The notes: generated by a model not told the origin, from the sequence alone. Shown: positions 1-14,100, numbered from the stretch's first letter. The stretch: DNA of 64,000 bases from Bispira polyomma (GCA_965649765.1 OZ287753.1:12524001-12588000), one strand, 5' to 3'. Numbers and translations are program-made.

Positions 1-389
1 TGGATTTCTTACACCACTTCATGCAAGAAGCCTTGTAATTTGTGTGAGTCTTTCAATATGCATTGATATCAAATACTCCGTCCTTTAATATTCCTACCTC
101 CACTTCAGTACAAACTAAATCAAAACCGAAGATATTTTTTGCAGCAATCTTACTTGAACAATGATTTATATAATTTTCAATTTTCTCATTTGCATATGCT
201 CTCATTTTCCATTTTCTCATTTGCAAATACACAGGGATTGCAAATTGTGGCTTTTCATGTCTGATCTGTGGTATTTTCTTGTATTTATGACTGGACCTAT
301 AAGAGTATTGGAGTGATGGTTTCTCATGACATAAAGACCTGCGGATATGTTGTGTGCAAATACTTCAGGAAGCCTTGTGTATCAGTTAA

Positions 390-1030
390 CAGTCTACATT
401 CCCCTAATTTCAATCGCGTCAATTTTTTCTGAGGTTAATGTCTTGAAATGTTCAAAATTTTTGATGATGGCGAATTAAAAATTGATGCTTGGCTGATCAT
501 TACTACAAACATGAAAGGTATTTCTTGTTAGTTCTTCCTTCCAACCATGGGAGCATACATGCATATTCTTTTTTAGTAAAATTTGAGGGCGGACTGAGGT
601 GCAAGGAATTATTTGCCGTGACAATCACACCCGCACCTCTTCAACAAAATACTAGATCTGCATATGTGTTTGTGTTTTTAAGTGATCACAGTAGAGAAAG
701 CAAATTGACTATAGATGATTTTCCTCACAGTAATAATAGTCTTCCTTTCACAACTGCAAAATCTAGGCCTTTATGTTTTAAGAAGATGAATTTGCAGAGT
801 CTTCTTTGCAGTGACACAACTAGGTTAGTGAGTCTCAATAACAGTCATTCTTATCTCCTTATTGTTAACCCAACATAGAGAATACAGCTTATTATTTATT
901 GATATGGCCATGTTTTGCCGGACAATGCGAAAAAAAAATGCTGCAGAATCTAAATTGATATTTTTCTTTAGAAGAAATTATTTAATCAGATCTGTATATT
1001 GTTTGAATTTGGTGTCTTTTGGTGAGAGAC
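390..1030. repeat. Dispersed repeat, copy 1 (paralog at about 10290-11000)
   Basis: Long co-linear similarity between 660-1025 and 10610-10990, e.g. ctgcaaaatc.aggcct.t.tgtt.taagaagat and gagaatacagctt.att.tttattgatatggccatg. Confidence 0.75.
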
Positions 1031-1759
1031 CAGTGATTCTGAAGCATTAGTAGCCGTATACACAGAATGGTGGCTCTTTTTTTATCACGTACAGCCTTGT
1101 GTTGATTTTATTTTGAAAAGGGTGCAGCCATGTTGGAAATATGTAACACCGTCATAGATTGGTTAAAATCTGAGGGCCGTCAGATTTATATTATCAGGCG
1201 ATCACCAGGCACAACTTGATATTGCCGCCATGTTGGAAATAATATGCAAGGTCTTCACGCCTTGGCTGGAAGCAATCAACCCAGCCAAACTGAGGGGTCC
1301 AAATAATACTGTGCACGGTGGTTTTTTCATTGGACAACTCTTGTATCCATTTATATGCTGCTATTTTGCTATAGTTACAACAAAAACGTTTTTTAACCAT
1401 ATAGGTTATCTTGATATTCTACTAGTACAGGGATAGAAAGTTTGATGTAGATACTGTGGAACATCACCGATTTCTTTGCACTATAGCATTATTATTTTGC
1501 ACTAACTAACTATTTGAATTAGTTAAAATCTTTTAATTTTACAATATGCGAAATATTATTTGGTATACCTCCCAACAAGGACTGATGTTTTCTCAATATT
1601 AATTTTTCAATATTACCAGTAGCATAATAGCAAGAGTAAACTTGTCATCAGCTTTTGATACAATCAACCACAACATCTTAAAAGACACTTTAGGTCTTGG
1701 CACTTGGCCTAGACATTAAATGCCTCTCCTTAGAGTGGATTGCTTCATACCTTGCCAAT

Positions 1760-1878
1760 AGTAGCAAAGGAATTCGGGGCCACTCCTATTATTGTTTACA
1801 CCTTTCCTCTGAGTTTTGTTATTAACAAACTTAATATCAAATATGTATGCCGATGACACCCAAATCTACATTACATTA
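1760..1878 (+). mobile_element. CR1/L2-type LINE 'A', segment 1 (RT core)
   Basis: Degenerate translation GPLL..YTFPL....MYADDTQIYIT; cut off by LINE B. Confidence 0.7.
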
Positions 1879-4800
1879 TATAGTATACTATTTGTATAGT
1901 GCTTCATTAGGAGGTCTATTCAGAGCGCTCATAGCAGCTCTGATTGAATAAGAAGGTTTTTAGGTTCTATTGGAATCATCGATTTTGTCTATTTTCCTGA
2001 GCTGGAAAGGTAAGGAGTTCCACAATTTAGGGACAAGCACACGGGATGATCTTTATGATCGATGGGGTGTATACCACTCCAATAAGGCAGAGAGATAGTC
2101 TGCACCGAGTCCATTTAGTACTTTGAAAACCAATACCAACAAGCTGTATTCAAGTCTCTGTTTCATTTTGAGCCAGTGAAGTTGTTTTAATATTGGAGTG
2201 ATGTGGTCATATCTTCTTGTCAGTGTTATGTGGCGGGCACACATATTCTGAAGTTTCTGTAGTCTATCGATCTGGTAAGCAGGTAAACCGACAAAGGGTA
2301 AAGCATGGGTGTTCTTGAACTGAAGGGATGTTTTTTTTGCAGACTGCTGATATGTGTTTTTTAAGGGTAAGGTGGTCATCAATAATTACCCGCAGGTTTT
2401 TGGCTGATTTACTTCATAATCATGAATTTTGTCTTATCACCGTTGAGCTTCAGTCTATTGTTTGACATCCAGGACACGATTTCTGACAGTTTTTAACTGC
2501 AAAAAAGGTTTGGTTTTCTCCTTCAGATGACCTTGGATTAGAGCCTTTATAGATCTTAGAGAAGGATCTTATGAGTTCACACAAGACTGTGTGTAATAGC
2601 TGTATAATATATGCACCTGATCCTTGTGGTACACTCCACCCAAGTTTACATACTCCTGCGAGAGATCCGTTGATGATGACCCTTTGCCTTCGGTTAGACA
2701 AATAGGAACAGAACCACCGCAGTGCCATTACACTAAAACCATACACTGACTGCAGTCTGTGTAATAAAGAAATGATTAACAGTGTTGAAAGCTGAGCTGA
2801 GATCCAGAGGAGTAAGCGGTACTACATATCGGTAAATATTTAAATAGGGTCAGTGATTGTGCTGTATTTGTTGTGATACACCGACTGCCTTTTCTATTAG
2901 TTTGGACATGTAAGGTAGGTTTGACACTGGTCTATAACTTTTGAAGGTGTATTCAAGGCCAGGCTTGTTCAGCAGAGGTGTTATTACTGCAGACTTATAC
3001 ATTTCTGGCCTTGTCCCGGTCTGTAAAGAGGTGTTGATCATTTTGGTGATCTAAGGTGTCAGCTCTTCTACACATTATTTTACCAGAGAAGTTGGTATTG
3101 GATCCAACATGCAAGACTTTGTTTTTGAGTGTTTTATTGTCTTGCGAGCATCCGTGTGCTGTAGTTTATAGAATTTAGTGAGTTTTGTCTTGGAAAAGTC
3201 TTGGTTATATTTATCAAAACTTGGATCGTCCTTAAAGTTGTCTTGGATTTTCCTGATCTTTGAATAAAAAAATGGGTTAAAACTGTTTGCGAGCCCTTCG
3301 TTGGATGAATGTTCTGGAAGAGGGGTACAAGCGTTTTTTATTGATTTTGTTATTGATTTCAATAGAGTTTTTTTGTTTGCATTTGTTATTGTTCACTGGT
3401 TTGTTTTCGTAATCATACTTTGCTTTTGTTAGTGTTGAATTAGCTTGATTTCTTTCTTACTTAAACATCAACAAATCTTCAATTGATTTTGATTTTTACC
3501 ATTTTCGTTCCAATTTCTTTCATTTCAACTTGTGCTGGTTCAGATTATTTTGAAACCAAGGCCAATTTGGTTGATTTTTTAAGGTCTTGGTAATGATGGG
3601 AGCATGTCTATCCAAAATATCTTTGAAAGTATTGTCATAGATTTTCTACCAACTTATTATTATCATTACAATTAATATCCTAACTTAGCGTGGAGTTTTT
3701 AATGTCCGATTTGAATAAGTTCAATATGTGGCAGTTACCTAAAAGAGATGGTTCATTTAGAAAAAGTTGGCTTCCTTAAGGGTAGGTGGCACATAATTAC
3801 AGCATGATCAAAGACATAATGACTCTTTATTCTTCTGAGATAAGGAAAATCTAAACTTCTGATTATAAGAGCGTCTAGAGTGTGTCCAAATTTTTGAGTG
3901 GAAAATCCAACAAGGTGTTGTAGGTTGAACATTGAAAACATGTCATTGAATTTACTTGTAATGAAGTCGCCGCAAATTATAACTTTCTCCTTCATCAAGG
4001 CAAAATGTTCCAAGTATACCGATAATTCTTCTAAAAAGTGTTTCAGCGTTTAACCATCGATTCTCGGAGGTGTGTAAATTATAACAAATTATACTCCATC
4101 TACAGTTAGTCCAACAGACATACATTCGAAAGAGTTGAATTTATCCAGTTTATCCATTTTAGGCTTGGTGGATTGTTTGCAAAGCAAAGCAACACCTCAC
4201 CTTTCCTGTCAGTTCTGTTATTGTGCAAAAACTCACATCCATTTGGGGTTAAATCAGCAATAATTTGTAAGTCTCCTGTTGAAAGCCATGTTTAAGTTAT
4301 TGTGCAGATATCCAAATGCTTATTTATTTTAAAATCACAGACTAGGTCAGCTTTATTCCTGACAGAGCCAGCATTAAAGTACAGAAAGTTTGTTTTCATT
4401 CTACTAGACCTTTTCGTCTCTGCACTGGTTTAATAATGCATATTTCATTTTTTACCAGTTTTGTAAATAAATCATTTCATAGTCTAAACTTGTTGAGGGC
4501 AGTATTTACCCTTCCCAAGTGAAATAAGGTCATCTCTTGTGTAAGTTTTGATTGGCATCAACATAATTAGCAGCAAGCATAAAACAAAACACTGCCACTT
4601 ATCACACAATGTGTTGGTGACATACTGTGATCATTATTAATTGGCACTTTATATCACTTGATTCGAGTTTCAAATATGTTTACATTTTTTTCACTAAAAT
4701 ATCCCTGTTTGTGTTTGTATTGTCATATGTTACACTTTTTCGAGACAACTTTTCTTTACACTAACATTACAAGATAGTTAATACTACTTGTTGTTTTCAT

Positions 4801-4920
4801 TCATATAATATTTACGACTTTTTACTGTTTATTTTCAAGGTAATAATCCCAATATATCAAATCTACTGTTTTGTGTTGCTTGCTAGCACTAGCACATATA
4901 CAAATCCCAGTAGTCTACCT
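1876..4920 (-). mobile_element. Degenerate near full-length CR1/L2-type LINE 'B' (APE endonuclease + RT)
   Basis: Minus-strand frames: FNAGSVRNK...DICTIT*TWL, IICGDF, GHTLD (APE); LDPIPT, YRPVSNLPYMSKLIEK, WFCSYLSNRRQRV, VPQGS, HITPILKQLHWL (RT and C-terminus). 3' tail GAGCGCTCTG..AAGCACTAT near 1895-1930. Many stops, frameshifts and deletions. Confidence 0.88.
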
Positions 4921-4922
4921 AT

Positions 4923-5340
4923 CATTAATGGCAAACAATGCAGAAGATCAGCTCAGCATCCTTGCCAAATGTTTTGACTCTATCCAAGATTCGATGAATT
5001 TTGCATAACTCAAACTCAATCTTGACAAAACTGAATATATATTTGGCACTAAATAGACAGGGATAAACTTAAGTCACCAGTTTCTATTACCCTACTCGAC
5101 AGTGACACACCACCACCGGATAAAGTAAAGAATTTGGGTGTCACTTTTGACTATGTCCTTTCCTTCAAAAATCATATCTTTAATATATTATCTTTCTACT
5201 TCTATATTCACGACCACAAGAGAATTTAGAAAACACCTATTCCATCAAACCGACATAGTCATAACAAATTTACCCGTAAGCATGCAATTGGACTACTGCA
5301 ATTCTCTGTTTCTTAGACAAAAAAATAACAAGTACACGTA
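4923..5340 (+). mobile_element. LINE 'A', segment 2
   Basis: Continues after YADD: NAEDQLSILAKCFDSIQ...LKLNLDKTE, KVKNLGV, LDYCNSLF. Confidence 0.7.
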
Positions 5341-6052
5341 CAAATGTGTGTAGTTTGACTCTGACTTTTCCTTTTCCAAACACGTTCCAAACACGTTCAG
5401 AGTGTCAAAAAGTTATTTTGTGCAACTCCGGGACAGTAATTCAGTTTTCAGGAGTCTCTTAAAGTTCAATCTACGCAAATTACAATATATTCAAAATAGT
5501 GCAGCTAGAATTGTGTCAAATACCAGTTAATGCACCAGTATAACTCCTGTTCTTACGAAATTGCATTAGCTTCCTGTTGAATAGCGGTCAGTGTTTAAAA
5601 GGGCCACACATGTTTATAAGTTTATTCACACTCGTTTTCCAAAGTATTTTGCCCCATATCTTTCCTCTTACAGTAGTTCTTACAATACTAGGTGCAGTCA
5701 GAGTGGTAATAATTTCCTTGTAGTTCCAAAGTTCCACCCTTCTACTCAAAATTCAGTTAAACAGTTTGGTTATAGCTGTGCTTTTGATGCTCCCATTGTT
5801 TGGAATACTCTTCCTGATGCGATTTGTGCGCCCCCCTCACTAGCCTCTTTCCAAAAGCAGCTTAAAACCCACCTGTACATCAAAGCATACCCACATTAGT
5901 CCTAATCATCCCCCTGCATTTTATGTGGTGCTTGACCCTTTTTCTATCCCTGGATATTTAAATTGGATTAGTGTCTTTTTGTGCTGTTGCGCATCACAGT
6001 CCCCTTCGTTAAGGGGAGATTAAGCGCTATAAAAGTCTAATTAATTACAATT
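5341..6052 (+). mobile_element. 5'-truncated LINE (family C), same family as 58036-59637
   Basis: High nucleotide similarity to the reverse complement of about 58040-58815. ORF 5591-5899 is FPKYFAPYLSSYSSSYNTRCSQSG...LKTHLYIKAYP. Tail hairpin TCCCCTT-CGTT-AAGGGGA then (AATTAC)n. Confidence 0.88.
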
Positions 6053-6525
6053 ACCAGCTACAATGGCTACACTCAATCCAGATTTACCTGTGCTGAGTTG
6101 TGTGCCGTGTCGGATCTTGCGTCAATAATACTCCTTTTCACAAAGGTTAGATTGGCTACCTATCAAGTACCTGCATCTTTTTCAAAGCCAATGTTACTAC
6201 ATAAAATGCTGTAAACCTATACCTTCCCTCACGGTTGTCTTTCCAGGGGAAACAGAATTTCAGTCTCTGATACCAGGACTAGTACACAGATTGGATCCTA
6301 TGCCTTCTCTGTTGCAGCACTATGGAATAATTTACCAACCAATACACAATTCCAGGAAACCCTCTTTTGCTTTAGAAGTAACCTTAGGACCCATCTATTC
6401 ACCCTCGCAACCCTCTGTAGACATCTTTCTCCTTCAAGTCACCCTGATTTTTACAACTTTTTTACAAAGTGATGATGTTGCGCTTTAGAAGATGCCTGGC
6501 ATCAATTAGGCGTGATAAAAATTAA
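6053..6525 (+). mobile_element. LINE 'A', segment 3 (3' end with tail)
   Basis: LDWLPIKY, GSYAFSVAALWNNLP, then tail GCGCTTTAGAAGATGCCTGGCATCAATTAGGCG. Confidence 0.7.
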
Positions 6526-6892
6526 CTACAGTTTGATGTAACTGGATCTATCTCACAAGAGGCTGATAATAAACATAAATATATAGAGTTTGCATCATAC
6601 ATATTTATTCATTGGCAGATCCAGGAGGTTCTGACCTTTTATAGACCCACTTCCTTGTAATTCATTTCCATGGAAAATACGATTCCAACAACCAAATTTT
6701 AACAGTTATATTATGTTCACAATATATTCTACGAGTGGACACACCACCTTTTCTATTTACAAAATCCTGGATATGCGTATGTGTATATTGCTGGCACAGT
6801 CTATAGCTGGCCTCTCACTATTCGCAAATACATAACGTACCCATGCAATAACTTTTTGTTTCCTTCAATTTCTTTCTCACAAGCTTTCTAAG

Positions 6893-7110
6893 GCACCGCA
6901 GTTGCCAAGTGATTACAAGTGCATACTTCACAATCACTAGCCTCTCATCGATGTGGATTTAATCATGTTTATTACTTTATGTGGGAAAGTTTGTCAGGTA
7001 CTTGCCATAGGTCGGTAGTTTACTGGTTTATTCCACTATTGAATCTGGCTGTTATGATATGACTAAGGCTATTGAAAGCAACGCAAAAACCCAACTAAAT
7101 TCAAATTCAG
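6893..7110 (+). mobile_element. tRNA-derived SINE (family with tgtgggaaag..ggtcggtgg core and gatat.actga..ttgaaag 3' part)
   Basis: Related copies at about 7320-7490(+), 12915-13130(-), 14160-14352(-), 16995-17190(+), 48955-49140(-) and 56160-56340(-). Confidence 0.65.
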
Positions 7111-8477
7111 AAGCTTCCCAATATCTCACATTCCGAGGTGGAAATATTTGCCTTTTGACATGAGAAGTAATTACAATATATGTTGACATTATGGATAGTT
7201 TTCGCAATTTCTAAGAGTGCCAGATTAATTGCTTTCCTGAGGAAATCTTTATAAAACTTAAGTTCTTGTTGAAGTAACCTCAGCATATCATTTACAAATA
7301 ATCCGATGTCGATCTGACTTTTTTGATCACTGGCCTTTTACCAATGTGGGCTCAAATGACATTCCTGCCTTCATGTGGGAAGGATTGTCAGGTGGTTTAC
7401 AATGGCTTTAGCACTGGTTTCTGTCATTATTGAATCTGGCCATCATAATATGACATAAGCGACATGAAGGCAAACTAAATTCAAATTGTGTTTGGGTTTC
7501 TTTATTAATATTATGAGTTTCATACTGCCAAATATCTACAAAAACATCTATTAAACCTCTATTAACTAACATATGATAGTTAAATATATTATTTCACAAA
7601 ATCCAGTGATTCTGAAGTTCTAGGATACCTATTGGCATTCTCCAAAAGCCCATGGGCTATTACTCATTCATGTGGGACTGCTGAAACTTATAACACCCTG
7701 CAAAATTATATTACTGTGTTAAGTCTATGAGGCAGTAAATGTTTATAACTGGTCCATATTTTCCCCCTACATGTCTTAGTTAGAACTGGTTCATATTATG
7801 GCACAACATGTCTTTGCAGAGGTATATGCTGCACTAAAATTTAAATTGTTCCTTCCATGGTTTTTGCCATAAACGTTGATTAAATCAGTTCACTGGAGAA
7901 ATTATGCACTCAATTAAAATTTGAAGATTTTTTTGCTTGGTCCATGTCCATATATCCACCAAAACATACAAACAGACAGGGGTTAAAATATACAACCTCC
8001 TTTCCTTGAATAGACTTTACTAGTAAATCATGTATTGTCTATGTGTGATCTAGCATTTAAACAAACAAAATATTATATTCAAAACATAAACTGTGCAGCA
8101 ATTATATATATAAATATACGTCAATAAATATATTTTAACTTTATAAAAGTTACTGTCACAATATTAGTTTATAATGCCTGGAAAGACAAAGAAAAACCCC
8201 TTAATTATCAAATATAAACTATATGCATCTGCTGTTTGTATTGTGTTTTTGTTTGCTTAGTCATCTCCTCGTATTGTCCCATATCACAATTATAGGAGTT
8301 GCCCTCAGCAAATCCATAACTGTCACGAGAAGCTGTAAAAAGGCTAACTGTCTGCAGATTAGAGCTGACACACTTTAAAGTGCCTTACTCTCAGTGTTCT
8401 ATTTTTATTGTTATTTGCTCCCTTTTAAGTCACATATGCAGACCAAAAAATCCCACAGACACCCACTCCCCTTCTCA

Positions 8478-9246
8478 TCACAAGGCAGTTAATTCATCTG
8501 TGTCCTCTGGCGGCATCTTGTTTATAGGCGAGTTGGAATTATGGCTGTTCGTGTACATGATCGAATGGTTAGTCCCATTGCAGTTGACACTAAAATAGAG
8601 GGCGCTATTGTTCCGGGTGACTGAGGTGCTCCTTTTTTTGCCGCTTGCACACTTCACCAGCCGCTTGAAGCCGTGTCGGAACTTCTTGCTGAAGAAGCAG
8701 TAGATGACAGGGTTGACGCAAGAGTTTGAGGAGCCGAGCCACTGGGCAACGGGCACGACAACTTGGGATACCAATGCGAACTCCAAGCCATTCTCGTTGA
8801 GCGGCTGGCCAAAGTCCATGCGCATGTTTACCATGTAGAGCGGAAGCCATGACAGCGAGAACAGGACTACCACAACAATCAGCATCTTTAGGGCCTTGAC
8901 CTTTGACCTGTAGATGACGGTGTTGGAGCTGTTCACCCCCGGGGCATTCCTGTGCCAGACCTTACAGCCGATGAGCAGGTAGCAGACGGAGATCAGGATC
9001 AGGGGCAGGGTGTAGCAGGTGAGGAAGATGGCCCCGAGGAAAAACCCCTTTTTCAACTCCTCCGAAGGCCAGAACTGGTCGCAGATGTAGATGGTCTGGA
9101 GCCGGGTAGACGTGTAGACCCGCTGCTCATAGTAAACTGCCCAAGGGGTCATGATCCCCCCAGCAAAGATCCAGATAAAGATGATAATAATCCGGGCAGC
9201 TTTCCTGGTCATACGGAACTTTAGCAGATGGCAGATGGCCAGGTAT
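8478..9246 (-). CDS. SIFaR: Neuropeptide GPCR (SIFamide/NPFF receptor family), terminal coding exon (end of TM3 DRY motif, TM4-TM7, C-tail)
   Basis: Acceptor ttttgtatcatcttcAG (AG at 9248-9247), then (R)YLAICH...; TM5 FLTCYTLPLILISVCY, TM6 FSLSWLP, TM7 PVAQWLGSSNSCVNPVIY (NPxxY; the P.AQWLG.SNSC.NP signature is typical of SIFamide/NPFF receptors). GC-rich codon usage against AT-rich flanks. Stop at 8478-8480. Confidence 0.88.
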
Positions 9247-10179
9247 CTGAAGATGATACAAAATGACAAAATGATGGTATTTTAAAAAAATTATTTAGTT
9301 CTTGTACTAAGTACATGAAATGTTTCAGAAAAAAAATAATTGAACCTCCTGAAAAAAAATAGAAACAACATTTAATTAGTACAAACAATCACTAATGATA
9401 TAATTAAATTCTGACAGAAACCTTAGTCTGATATTTACATTTTTACATTGTAACACATCCTTATTATGTTTCAAAGTCACAAAAATTGGATAAATGCTGC
9501 AACTTTAATCATATTTGAACTGGGAACTAGTTTCCCCAGGTAATGTTTTCAAATCCTAAAACATCACCACAAAAACTCAAGATATATTGATTAATTAAAT
9601 TAATTACTACCATCTGACTGAATTGTCCAAAAGAAACACAAAACAGAGTCCCTTCACTTGTGTAAGTCAATTTTAACACTTAAAGCTGATAAGCAAATAT
9701 TGATAATTCAATTTTTCATTCTATTTGAAGAATTTTACTGGGCCATGTATTGCCAACCCAATTACTGGACATTCCAAGTGTACTGAATGTTAACACTTGT
9801 GATACTGATCTAAATATATGGTTTTCATATATTCAAACTCTATATCATTCACCTCTGAATACATTTTTGTAGTGGTTCATTTTTCAATTTTGTTTGAACC
9901 AATACCCCCAATGTTATTGGTAGCTGTCACAATCATGCAAGCCACTGCCCCCTCTCGTCCCTACTCAAAAGTGAATTGTAAATCCTTATTATGTGTTTTA
10001 ATAATGCTTTTTTGTCAACTCTCATATATGGTATTATTGAGAGCGGTTTTGCTCCCTTATCTGACCATTGTATGTTATTCTTGTTTTTTTTAACAATTGG
10101 TAGAATATAATAAAACGTAGAAGCTGAACTCCCAAACTATACCATGAAACCTTTTACACGGTATAATAGCCATGGTAAT

Positions 10180-11000
10180 GTGGGTTTTTCACACTATGAA
10201 GGTGAAAATGGCCTTTTAGGAAAGGGACTTTATCTATAACTTCCAATACGTTTAGCTTCCTTCTTTAAACCTTCCCTTCATCAAGGCGGAAAAAAATCCT
10301 CAAACCTGTTTTCGACTATTTCTAGGTACTGGCGAATCAGAAATTGCAGCTTCATAAATTGGTCATGTAAAAGTTTTTTATTGTAGTCACCATAAGTCTA
10401 CAAAAAAATTGGCCAAGGTAAAATGGTGAACAAAATAGTAAGGGTGAATCAATTTTGAGGGGTGGACTTGACTTAACTTGCCAGACAATATTTTCTGTGT
10501 CTGACACACCCCCACCCCTTTAACAAAATCCTAGATCTGCCTATGTGATCCATGGTGTATCTTCGAATGTGTGACTAGTGCTTTAATAACACAATTTATC
10601 ATGTGATACACTGGTGTGTTGGTGTTTTTAAGTGGTCATACTAGAGATAAGGAAATTAAATTACAAATGATTTTCCTCATAGTAATACACAGTTCTCCTT
10701 TCTCAGCTGCAAAATCAAGGCCTCTGTGTTATAAGAAGATTAATTTGAGGAGTCGTCTCCGCAATGACACAACTAGGTCACTGAGTCTCAATAACATAAA
10801 TTCTTGTCTCTTTATTGTCAAGATGACAGAGAGAATACAGCTTATTATTTATTGATATGGCCATGTTTCTTGTTGCTCAAAGGGAAGAAAAATGCTGCAG
10901 AACCTAAACCGATATTTTTCCTTTGAGAAACACAAATAAAAAATGATTGAAACAGATCTTTATATTGTTTGAAAGTTGGGTCTTTTGATAAAGATAAGGG
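10180..11000. repeat. Dispersed repeat, copy 2 (5' part also similar to about 53340-53620)
   Basis: See copy 1; also shares cactatgaag... and cctrttt.cgactatttc with the 53.3-53.6 kb region. Confidence 0.7.
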
Positions 11001-13325
11001 AAATGTTGACGATTGTGCCGTCATATATATCAGTGAACTTCACAGATTTACTAACCTTTAATTTATTAAATTGCATTGTTTTTTTGTTTTTTTTGTTATA
11101 TGTATACTACTACAATTCATATATTTGCAAACTGTCTTTTTAAAAAATAATTTGTGATATTTGAATGTAATTCTTTAAGAGTTACAAAAAATTGTGTACA
11201 ACCATATATTGGAATTTGTTAGACAAGAATCCTTAGTGGTAGAGGGGTGGTATTTACAAATGGCTAAGTTTAGACTTTGTCTTGGATCTAGTATACTTTT
11301 GCACTAGATTTAGAACATCTGTCAAAATGATTGAGAATAGGGATTTATATTGGGAACTAATACCTAATACCTGGTTTGACCTGTTTCCCTTTTTAGAGTA
11401 ACTTGTAACTGAGTTGATATTTTCTTGAGAACTTTTATCAGGCCTAGTCTGATGTTGTTTTAATTCTCTCCATGAGGGTGTCTCATTATTACAAATAAAA
11501 TTCCTTCATGTATCTGTATGTCATTTTGTTGTCAAACAAAGAAATGCTCAGTGAAAAACAAGGCCAAAATGTGCCTTTGATTACAAAAACCCGATTTCCT
11601 AATTTAACCTATTCTAAAGTGGATAATAAGCCAATTATATGTTCAAAGCTATTTTTTGGTGCTGCACTTAAGAGATGCTATTTTATTAATAAAAAAGCAA
11701 AAATCTAACAATCCACTCAGGCTTTATCATTGTAAAACTCTAGGGGAGAAAAAGATAATCTCATATTGTGTCTATTGGGTTGAATATTATTTAAGAACAA
11801 ATACTGTTCAGCTAAATTGAGTTGGATTGTGTTTTAGGTTAAAGTGTGTCTGCTTTGCACTTCCAACTTGTATCCACATTTTTAAACTTTAAATTGAATC
11901 ATTTTAAGACCAGCAGAAAACATGAATATACCAAACCAATTCTAACATTCATGTTCAACATATATTCTGGGTGTGAACCCTCCTTCCCCACCTTTACAAA
12001 GTCCCTGGATATTATGCAGCACACACTACCACATCATTTTGAGCAGTTGTATCAACATTTCTCTCTCCCTCTAGTCATCTAGACATACACAGGCTGTTAA
12101 CCCTTGGAGATATCACCTTCTTCATATGGATAGGCTAGTACAATAACACGTGGATATAGACTCAAAATCACTCATCAATCAATAGTAACATATGCATTGT
12201 ATGATATATATATATATATTTTTGCCCGATGATAATATTCCACGAATTGACCTGGCGAAATCAGCAGGAGTCAAACTGGGAACCTTCTGATCACCATACC
12301 GACTCCCTAACCCCTCGGCCACTGGAGACCACAAGGGACTTGTATACATGTATAAACTCAATATGTGGTAGGCTTTGTAAAACATCTCTCTATACATAGA
12401 TGTGGTATTTATTTAGAAACTTTCCTGTCCATATCTACTGATAGGCTTTAGTTGTTTGTAGTCTACCCTCTTTGTAGCTGCAATGTGTCAAAATTATTTG
12501 TCAAAATTTACATGCATTAAAATAATGAGCTACATTTATGTCTCAACAAATTACATCACACATAGCTATTTAAAATAGCCAGATGTGGTACATATACTTA
12601 GTACATATAGAGCACTTCAGCCATATAATATAAATAAATAGCTAAATAAATACTTCAATAATCATAATCATCTAACATGGCAATAACTAGGGAATTGAAT
12701 ATGCAGAATACTCTACCCATATAAAATACAGCCACAAAGTGAAAAATGAATTGAAATGTGACTTTTGTTATAGGGCACCTTTACAAGATGGGGTCATTCA
12801 TTTCAAATACGCTTCCTCCTTAATCAGCCACTGGAGATAGTACTCAGTGGCAGGGGATCACCATTTTAAGTGGTCATCCGATCCAATAGGAGACATACAT
12901 GTGTGTTTACATTTTTGGAATCTAGTTGCTTTGACGTCACTTTCAACAACTTAGGTCATATTACAAAGGCCAGATTTAATATTGGAAGAAACCAGTGCTG
13001 AAACCACTGTAAATCACCGACCTGCTGCAAGTAGACATTTCCCACATGGAGCATGTGAACGGGATTTGATCCCATATTGGTGAGACACCAGGGATTTTCA
13101 AACATGCACTTTTAACCACTAGGCCACGCTAGTGCTTGTGTCACTCAAATAGTTTTTGACTGAAAAGCATTTCTGTATAAATATAGTTCTCATACCATTT
13201 ACCGAATATTTCCAAATATATAAATACCCCGAAATTAGTCGACTATTTCTAAAATGCAACATAATTCGTGAAAAATAATGTTTTTTAAAACATTACTTGT
13301 TATAATGACAGGAAAAATATTACTA

Positions 13326-13612
13326 ACTAGACCAAGCGCATCGGAGAACCGATGCATATTTGTATCCACCAGAAAGACAAAGCACCTTAAGTAGCTAGCA
13401 CCCAAGCTAGAAGCCTATGATTTCCTATAAGACATTTATACTAAAGCCTTCGATGGCGCAAATTGGTTTCACATTGCAAACATGTGGGACCAATAATAAG
13501 TGAGATATAAGCACTTAGAAGTTTGGCCATCCACATTTGATCTTGAACGAGAGGCCCAAGGTCAAATCTGAGCACATCAAAAGATTTACAGACCATGATT
13601 CTTTATAGGTGC
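13326..13612 (+). mobile_element. Truncated Helentron-associated (DINE/pearl-like) element
   Basis: ACTAG start, hairpin GCATCGG-AGAA-CCGATGC, sub-TIR TGTATCCACC and about one core repeat; same family as 36471-37730. Confidence 0.65.
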
Positions 13613-14000
13613 GCATTTACAGGAAGTAAAAAAACAGTTACACTGAAACCATTTATGTGACTTATGTGTCTTACCAGATTTACGTAGACATGGGCGTTAG
13701 CGTATACGCAAGAAAAGGTTTTTAAAGCACATAAACTCACTGCTTGTGTTGCGTAAATGACCTTGAGCTGGGTCAAAATCAAACGAAAGTAAAAGTACAG
13801 AGAGGTTTTTTACACGTAAACATACATAGAGCATACAGCTATACATTTATATTGTGTGACGTCACAAAACAACTCTCACCATATGGTTTTATCACATAAT
13901 GTAGGCATTTTTAACAAACGCATAAGTTATGTACACATACGCCTACACAAACGCAAGTCTAGTTCTTAGCTTTAGATACTCGAAAAAAAAACCCACATAC

Positions 14001-14100
14001 CTGTCTATGGCTATAGCCGCCAGAGTGTTGACTGAAGCACTCACTGCCACACCCTGGAGAAATGGAGTCACTTTGCACAGGACGGCCCCAAAACGCCAGC
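14001..14100 (-). CDS. SIFaR: Neuropeptide GPCR internal coding exon (ECL1-TM3)
   Basis: 100-bp exon bounded by ttttccAG and GTatgt. Translates (G)WRFGAVLCKVTPFLQGVAVSASVNTLAAIAID(R). The phase-2 end (AG) joins the phase-2 start (A) of the 9246 exon to rebuild the DRY motif. Confidence 0.9.

Noticed and set aside
489-1050. ORFs 489-878 and 862-1050, similar to ORF 10616-10855
   Set aside because: The similarity comes from a dispersed repeat; frames are not preserved between copies and no domain is recognisable.
8605-9224. Overlapping ORFs 8605-8850(-) and 8952-9224(+)
   Set aside because: Shadow frames of the GC-rich GPCR exon.
9247-9269. ORF-track start MSFCIIF for the GPCR
   Set aside because: This is the intron's polypyrimidine tract and acceptor; the protein continues from the exon at 14001-14100.
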